64,000 nt of DNA from Antedon mediterranea (taxonomy: Eukaryota > Animalia > Echinodermata). The notes beneath the pieces are model-generated. The model saw only the letters and a list, made by a program, of their open reading frames with translations. It was not told the DNA's origin and did not search any database. Both the position numbers and the translations under genes were made by a program. Below are positions 56,321 to 64,000 of the stretch, piece after piece. Each line of letters starts with the position of its first letter. The first letter of the stretch is position 1. The stretch spans positions 7,874,001 through 7,938,000 of the forward strand of contig NC_092673.1 of assembly GCF_964355755.1 (NCBI RefSeq), in the 5' to 3' direction.

Positions 56321-59300
56321 TCAAGATGATGATGATGGTAGGCCAGTTTCCAAATGTCCCTGAAAAATAAGAAGTAAATTTTAACTTTGACATGGTTCAG
56401 CAAATTCAACAGCACATTCACTGCAACTAGGAATGCAAGAATTGATTATACGAGTTCAACCCTGATTAATTATAAACGGCTGAAATAGAATATTTACAAC
56501 TTTAATAACAATATATTTGGAATCTTCAGTATCAAAGATGGGTATATAGACACCATTTTTAACATGCTACGTCACTTAAAAGTTAAGTTATAAGCCAAAT
56601 TAAGTCTGAAATGGCGGCCTTTTTCTTTTTCACATTTTAAGGGTGAAGATCTAAAAATTGAGCCGGGTAAACAGCAGATTTGAATTCAGCACCCCAAAAT
56701 TACCCTAAAACACATGTTTTTTCGCTTTTAACACGAAATGCCTACAGCATCTCAGGGAAAAATTTCATTTGAAAATTTTGTTTAGCAAAATTGCTAATCA
56801 AACTGATTTTTTAGTCAAGAAACATAGTTTTGTATTGTATTTTTTGCTACACAATCAGGGCCGTAGCCAGGATCTGTCAAGGGGGGGTTCGGACACTAAA
56901 TATTTGGGTAAACCCCCCCCCCCCTTGGGGGTGGGGCCTGATGCGAAGCGAATTTTGTTCAATGACACCCCTAGATTGCCGGAAAATACACTCTCGTGCA
57001 GCATGCTACCAATGAGCAAAAAGATCGTACTTTTTTCCTCCTTCTCAAACACGTCGATAATTTAAAGGACGATAACTATTTGTTGCCGTATGTTAGATGC
57101 GCGTGCTCTGTGCGGAACCGCCGATTGTTTGATCATTTACTCCGTATTTTGTTTTGCGTTCAAGTTCAATGTGAACGTACATCTAGGAGCAGCCCCGAAA
57201 AAAGCACACTGGTTGAAGGCAAATGCTATTTGCTAGCTCTATCTATAATATTTATTTACAGCAATTTGTTGAGGAATATAAATATGTAAATAGGTGATAT
57301 TGATACATTTTAGTACGTATCGGCTGGTGGTCTAGAAAAAAATAATCGGATGCCATAATGTGAACTACAGTACTTGATACCATAGATATTATAGTGTAAA
57401 ATATTAATATTCATTATATTAATCCTCTATGATACATTATACTTCATAGTCACACATAAATACTGATGTACGTCGGAAGGCTATATACTTTATGCATGCT
57501 GCCTGACTGCCAGTGATCTAAACAATTATAGGTACGCAGTTGTCTGGCGGTGTCCTTTGTACGAATCGTTCGTGCCCCAGTTCGCTATGAGACGCGTCAA
57601 TATCATGTTACATGCAGGGACCAAACATTTATTTTTCAGGTTAAAATCGGCAATTCATTTGCAGCTTTTAGAAATTTACAGACACGTATCGCTAGTTGAC
57701 GCTCATACAGAGAAGTCACCCATGTTCGACCCACATTGAAAAAAACAGGTCTCAGATCCCGAGATTCTGAAAAACTACAGACCTATCTCGAATCTTAGTT
57801 TTTTAGGAAAAATAATTGAGAAGGTTGTTTCTAAACGGATTTTGTCGCATGTACAAAAACATGGCCTACTTGATCCGTATCAATCTGCCTACAAAGCGCA
57901 TCACAGTACTGAAACGGCATTACTTCGTGTAAATAATGACATCCTACGTGGGATGGATGATGGAAAGCTAACTGCTCTAGTATTATTAGATTTAAGTGCA
58001 GCATTTGATACGGTTGATCATTCTGTGTTGCTAAATAGACCCAGTACTTATATTGGTATTGAAGGAAATGCACTTGATTGGTGTCGGTCATATTTGGAAA
58101 AACGACCTCAACACGTATGTATTGGTGATGCTATTTCAAAAGCTTCTTTTCTAAACTTTTCGGTACCACAAGGATCTGTTCTTGGGCCGCAATGGTTTAC
58201 TATTTATTTACACCCGATACGGGATATCATAAGTAAATATGATCTGTGCTATCATGTTTATGCTGATGATACTCAGATTTATATTTCTTTTAAACCTACT
58301 ATGAAACACAGTGACATTTCTTTGGAATTGCTCCAACATTGTATCTATGAATTGCGTGTCTGGATGAAAAACAACTTTCTTAAATTAAATGATGAAAAAA
58401 CAGAATTTGTTCTCTTTGGATCAAAACAGCAGTTGGAAAAACTGCCACCAAGCTTTATTCACATTGGTGAAACCCAAATTGACCCGGCTAGGCAGGTTAG
58501 AAATCTTGGGGTTGAAATGGATGTGGGTATGACTATGATTTCTCATATCTCAAAAACTATTTCTGCGTCGTCTTTTCACTTGCGAAACATTCGAAGGATT
58601 CGCAAGTTTATAAATGAGACAGCAGCTAAACAACTTGTTCATGCTTTTGTCACTTCACGACTAGATATGGGAAACTCTTTGCTATACGGGCTACCACAAA
58701 AACAACTCCACAGGCTCCAACTGATTCAAAATACAGCGGCACGAGTTGTTAAAAAATTACCAAGATATGGACACATATCAAATACTTTGGAAATATTGCA
58801 TTGGCTCCCTGTTAGGTACCGCATTGTTTTTAAAATATTACTCTTTGTTTTTAAGTCTATAAATGGCATGGCTCCTGAGTATATTTCTGACATGCTTAGG
58901 CCATATGTTCCCGGACGTAATCTGCGTTCTAGTGACTCGCTGCTTCTACATCAGCCTAAGTCTCACCACTCATGGGGTGACAGAGCATTCTCCGTTACTG
59001 CTCCTCGTCTGTGGAATGCTCTACCGAGCTCTATAAGATTTTGCAAAACTGTTGATACTTTAAAAAAATTATTAAAAACACATTTATTCATTAAGGCATA
59101 TGGAAATCATGAGGTTTCTTAAAGTTTTTTAGACTTAGAATTGTTTTGTATACCTTTTCCTGGCCAGCATTATCTTTGGGGTGCCTCTGTCTTGGTTGTT
59201 GTCAAATGTGTATCCTGCTCCTTTGTTTGGTCACCTAGGTAGGGGTCCGGGACCGCGACAGAACGACAACGGATGGGGACCCTCCAAAGAAATTGCATTT

Positions 59301-60052
59301 TATTTGTCAGGAATTTGTATGATTTATTTCTTTCTATTTTTAAATGCGCCTTGAGCACTCTGGAGTGGTATGTGCGCTATAAAAATCTTATTATTATTAT
59401 TATTATTATTAAGGTTCACGAACAAGTTTACGAATTTTTTAATTTACAAACAACTTTTTGTACTGTGGGGCACGTATTTGGAGGATTTTTGGAGATGAGG
59501 GTGAGGTATTGGGCATGTCGGGGATGGGGGTTCGCAGTCGGTTAAGGGGGGTTCGCTGTAAAGGGGGGGTTCGCCCGAACCATAAAAACCCCCCCTGGCT
59601 ACGGGCCTGACAATTGTAGAAATGTGTAGCAAAAAGGTTGTTTTGTATAGCTTTTTGCTATGCTACACTGGCGAAATTATTCCCTGCATCTTATTAGAGT
59701 AGAAATATGACTATCTGGACTAGTCTATAAGGTGATACCTTTAGGACCAAAAAATGTGCCCACTTAATAGAAGTGTCCCTGAATAGGGGTTGGCCGGAGT
59801 GTCAGCATATATTTCCCTAGTTTGTTTCACAGGAATGTCCCTGTGTAAATAGGAGTGTCCTAAAGAGAGGTTTATGCCTACTGTATAATATAATTAATCA
59901 TAACATTCTGTTTTAATTCTCCAACACCACCTCAATTAAAGATATATACACATATATTACCTTCACAGCTGCTCCAACATTGTTAACATCCAATAGAAAT
60001 GTATCATGCCCATATATGGAATTCAATTCATAATATGTAACAGCTTCATTAC
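56321..60052 (-). CDS. 3' end (last two exons, 60052-59961 and 56359-56321) of a MetX-family serine/homoserine O-acyltransferase-like (Cys2-like) alpha/beta-hydrolase; the gene continues beyond the window
   Basis: Spliced translation is (G)NEAVTYYELNSIYGHDTFLLDVNNVGAAVK|GHLETGLPSSSS*. GHDxFL is the catalytic-His motif of MetX-type acyltransferases. Canonical AG/GT sites with a phase 0 junction. Confidence 0.72.
56856..59609. mobile_element. Probable TIR element (CAGG(G/C)CCGTAGCCAGG ends) enclosing an L2 LINE
   Basis: cagggccgtagccagg..cctggctacgggcctg; acaat immediately on both sides. Confidence 0.5.
57736..59410 (+). mobile_element. 5'-truncated L2 LINE with open RT C-terminal ORF (57842-59122) and (ATT)n tail
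   Basis: NYRPISNL, QSAYKAHHSTETALL, LLDLSAAFDTVDH, VPQGSVLGP, YADDTQ, LHWLPV, GDRAFS..PRLWNALP. Confidence 0.92.
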
Positions 60053-60142
60053 CTAATAAGGAAGAAATAATGAATCGGGCATGAATTAAGGCTGCATTAA
60101 ACAAGTATAATTTCAATGTGGTATATATATCCTAGAAGTGGG

Positions 60143-60222
60143 TTCTGTCTAAAAAGTGTGATATGCACAAATATGGTAGTGATATGACATCATCATGCCC
60201 ATATACGGGCACCTCACATTGG
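60143..60222. mobile_element. Palindromic MITE copy truncated at the Gypsy LTR
   Basis: aaaaagtgtgatatgc..tatggtagtgatatgacatcatcatgcccatatacgggcacctcacatt. Confidence 0.7.
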
Positions 60223-60404
60223 TGTAGTGTCGTACAGTTTATAAATGGGTTATTTAGTAAACACATCCGGGCAACGCCAAACTCGTGTAGAATACGCATG
60301 CGTGCAGGACACGCTGTAGTACCAAACAGCATGTAATAAAAAGATAGAACTGCATTTATAGTGTCTACCGAATCGTCATTAAAGTCATCGTAAACAATAT
60401 TACA
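60223..60404 (+). repeat. 5' LTR (TGTA..TACA, 182 bp)
   Basis: TG..CA ends, internal AATAAA, PBS immediately downstream. Confidence 0.75.
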
Positions 60405-60405
60405 C

Positions 60406-60423
60406 TGGCGACGAGGATGGGAT
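60406..60423 (+). promoter_or_regulatory. Primer-binding site complementary to the tRNA-Ser(GCU) 3' end
   Basis: TGGCGACGAGGATGGGAT is the reverse complement of ATCCCATCCTCGTCG-CCA. Confidence 0.8.
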
Positions 60424-62489
60424 CAAGTAAAAATGGAATCCACACTGGCAAACTTCCCGAACTTCAAAATACGAAATTCCGGCGACGATGCGCAAGAATT
60501 CGAAAAATACGCAGGCCGACTCGAGAATTTTTTCACGGCTATGAACATCCGGGACGACAAGAGGAAGAGAGCACTGTTGCTTCACTATGCAGGTGAGAAG
60601 GTATACGATATTTTTGGAACTTTGCAAAATACAGGCAATACTTATGATGAGGCCAAACTAGCAATGAAAAACTACTTTGAGCCCAAGAAGAATATTCCAT
60701 TCGCCATCTACACCTTCCGTCAGTTAAGCCAAAATGCTAGGACATGCTCGTTTGCGGACGTTGATGGTGAAATAAAAATGCAAATAATATCTCACTGTTG
60801 CTCGCCAAAGCTTAGACGTGCGGCTCTACGAGATCCTACGCTAACGCTAGACAAGATCTTGGAGTACGCGCGCGCACTCGAGGCATCGCAAAAACAAGCG
60901 TCTGAGATTAAAAGCAAACAGGGAAATCCCCAGTACGTCAATTATTCTGCAGCGGCGACGACGACCAGCAAGCAGAGGACACAGGCTAAGCATACTGGTA
61001 GTAGTAGTAGGCATAGCTACACTTCCAAGCAAACCAAAACTAACAATACCTGTCGTAGATGTGGAGGTAACTACCCACACACTGGTTCCTGTCCAGCCAT
61101 GGGCAAGTCTTGTAATTTGTGCAGCAAACCTAATCATTTTGCAAGCGTATGTAGATCTAGTGGTAGTAATGTAGCAGCCAAGTCAAGTAGGCCCCCTTCC
61201 AAAAGGGCAGTTAATGCTATGAATAGCGATGATCGAAAAGCTGAATCATCAGAGGATGAGTATCTTTTCTCGTTAAAAAAATGAAACCAAAGCGAAGCTA
61301 CCAAAAGCAACACTGAAGGTAAACAATGTTAGTTTACAATTGCTAATCGACAGCGGATCGACAGTCAACATTGTGACTGAAGACGTAGCCAAAAAGCTTA
61401 AGGCGAAAATAGGTAAAGCGAACACGAAGATATATCCTTATGCTGCCGACACCCCCCTTAAAGTTTTGGGTGGATTCAACGCGATGGTGGAATCGAGCAA
61501 AAAGGTTGTCCTCGCGGATTTTGTTGTTGTAAAACGTGGCCCCACTCCAATTATCGGATACAGCACAGGGGTAGAGCTTGGAATCATTGACATAACATGT
61601 AGCATCCCACAACAACCCATGACGGACATAACCGCAAAATACGAGAATGTGTTCAAAGGACTGGGTAAGATGAAAGATGCAACAATCAAATTGCACATCA
61701 ACCCCGACGCCAAGCCTGTTAATCAAATTCACCGCAGAATACCATTCCACCAACGTAGTGGAAGAATGCCTTGACAGAATGCTGCAAGATGAAGTTATAG
61801 AGCCAGCACCTGGACCACACACCTGGATCAATCCGATCGTACTTGTACCCAAAAGCAATGGTAAAACGCGAATGGTTGTGGACATGCGTGAGGCAAACAA
61901 AGCGATAGGACGCGAGAGGTACTTAACGCCAACGCTAGATGATATAATTTGCAAGCTAACAGGCGCTACCGTGTTTAGCAAAATCGACATGAACAGCGGG
62001 TACCAACAACTACTTCTGCATCCTGATTCGCGCAACATAAGTACATTCTCTACGCACAAAGGACTGTATCGTTACAAGCGATTATTTTACGGTGTCAACG
62101 CTGCGCACGAGATCTTCAATGAAAAAGTCAAAAACATGCAGAGCGGAGTACAGAACCAACTCAACATAAGTGATGACATTATAATTTTTGGTAAAGATAC
62201 TAAGGAACATGATGAAGCTTTAAATGCTGTATTTGAATGTTTGCGTGATTCTAATGTTACAGTAAACAAAGATAAATGTGAATTTTACAAGTCAAATATC
62301 ACGTTTTTTGGCATGTTTTTTCCAAGGAGGGAATTTCCCCAGATCCTAGGAAAGTTACTGCGATCAAAGCATTAAAGGCCCCAGAATGCATTACAGAATT
62401 GCGTTCCCTTTTTGGTATGGTTAATTTTCTCAGTCGGTTCATTCCAAATTATGCCACTATTACAGCACCTATGCGTAAGTTGCTACAAA

Positions 62490-63315
62490 AGCCCCTTTCT
62501 CACAGATGTGCCTGCAATATACCGGTACAGTGCTGGCGTCGTGCCGGTATCGTTACCGGCATATACCCATTCTCATCGGACTATCGTGCCGGAAATATAA
62601 CCGGTATATACCGGCTTTCTGTGAGAAAGGAGTCGGACATATTCGGCCAATAAAAAGTCTCTGACAAAATAATTATTGAGGGCGTCCTTTATTGTTATTA
62701 TTTTTGTCTAGCGATGATATGGCGGCGAATGTTAAGTTACAGATTATTATCTTCCTTTATAGCATATTTATACAATACATGCTATGTACAGTATATTGTG
62801 CATATATTATACAGGTATAGCAATTAATTTGCCGTCATCGGCAATCTGTAAAACACCTTAGAAGGCTGTAGGCCTACAATTTACAAGGCGACGAAAGGTC
62901 AGGCACCAACAAACAAAGAGCTAATGGCCTAGCCTAGCGGCCTATATAGATTATGCTACAAATTTCTTCTTGTCCCCTTATTTTAAGCAGCTCTCTTATC
63001 TCATTATCCCTCCAGTTCCACATTATTATTGTTAATTGAATTGAATAGGCGCCAAAGTTATACACTTGACTGCGCAAGGTGTCAAAGCCTCGACGGGGAA
63101 CCCCGGAATATAACGGCAATACGTTCTCACAGAATGCCCGTCTGGCATTGCGGGGAATATCCCTAGAATATTACTAGGTCTAAAGCAGGTCATGTCGATG
63201 CCGGCATGGTGCCGGCATGATGCCAAGACGACCCGTTCTCACAGAAAACCATACCGGCATGGTAATGGTATATTCCCGCAATATTCCTGGCACACAACTC
63301 TGTGAGAAAGGGGCT
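62490..63315. mobile_element. PIF/Harbinger-type non-autonomous element inserted in Gypsy pol
   Basis: 17-bp perfect TIR agcccctttctcacaga / tctgtgagaaaggggct; 3-bp TSD aaa; removal restores KLLQSDTKFEWGEEQ; internal Myb/SANT-like remnant WNWRDNEIRELLKIRG on the minus strand. Confidence 0.88.
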
Positions 63316-64000
63316 AAAGTGACACCAAATTTGAATGGGGTGAAGAGCAAAACAAAGCTCTAGAAATGCTCAAGGATAAGCTCAATTCTGATCGTGTTAT
63401 GGCATATTTCGACCACACACAAACCACCGATGTTTATGTAGACGCTAGTTCAGTGGGTCTAGCTGGAATCTTAATGCAAGATGACAAAGTCGTTTTCTGT
63501 GGTAATAGGTCATTAACGGCCACTGAAAAAAGGTATTCCCAAATTGAACGGGAGGCATTGGCCATCGCATGGGCGTGCCAATATTTTCGACTGTTTCTAG
63601 TTGGCAAACCATTTAGAGTCTTTACTGACCACAAACCGCTACTTTCACTGTTTAACAACCCACGGTCCAACCATCTCTCAGAATAGAAAATTGGATACTA
63701 AGGTTGCAAATGTTTCAGTTTGAAGTATGTTTCCAAAAAGGTTCGACTAATCCTGCCGACTATATGTCACGGTACACATTAGATAAGTGTAATGAAGTAA
63801 ATAACTGTGTGACTGACAGTGCCACTGCATATGTAAATATGTGTATTGAACAAGCTAAACCTAATGCAATGACTATTGCCGACATTCAGTTAGTCTGATA
63901 AAACGATTCAATGTGTTTTTAAGTTTATGCTAAATGATAATTGGGATATGGCCAAGTTGAAGCCAGAAGACCTAACTGATGTTGATCTAGAAGACCTCAA

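Larger units (their letters stand above)
60223..64000 (+). mobile_element. Degenerate Ty3/Gypsy (Mag-like) LTR retrotransposon, running off the window
   Basis: Gag 60433-61284 with two Zn knuckles (CRRCGGNYPHTGSC, CNLCSKPNHFASVC); protease LIDSGS; RT (KIDMNSGYQQ, RLFYGV, ISDDII); RNase H (VDASSVG, YSQIEREAL, TDHKPL); several frameshifts and stops. Confidence 0.93.

Noticed and set aside
61270-61290. Programmed gag-pol frameshift at TTAAAAAAATGA
   Set aside because: The protease is in the +1 frame and one extra A in the homopolymer explains it; the element has other disabling frameshifts.

Overview
AT-rich animal (invertebrate, possibly deuterostome) genomic DNA with GT-AG introns and no prokaryotic features. 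Three host genes can be reconstructed by hand. (1) A CEP350-like centrosomal gene on the minus strand: 24 coding exons, 27851->7959, about 3030 aa, plus a probable 5' exon ending at 30321. It appears to lack the CAP-Gly domain. (2) A classical dynamin on the plus strand: 18 exons, 34064->51020, about 823 aa, divergently oriented from CEP350. It has a candidate mutually exclusive exon pair at the stalk-PH linker and unusual stalk substitutions, including Lys at the human E368 position. (3) The last two exons of a MetX-family serine/homoserine O-acyltransferase-like gene on the minus strand (60052->56321). Introns and intergenic DNA are full of transposon material: a nested DNA-transposon stack at 0.1-4.9 kb, MITEs, tRNA-derived SINEs, CR1/L2 LINEs, a Penelope fragment with a decayed hammerhead motif, a Helentron-like element, a degenerate Gypsy element interrupted by a Harbinger-type insert, and two minisatellites. 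Exon boundaries were read by eye and checked only for phase continuity. Homology calls come from recalled family motifs, not database searches.
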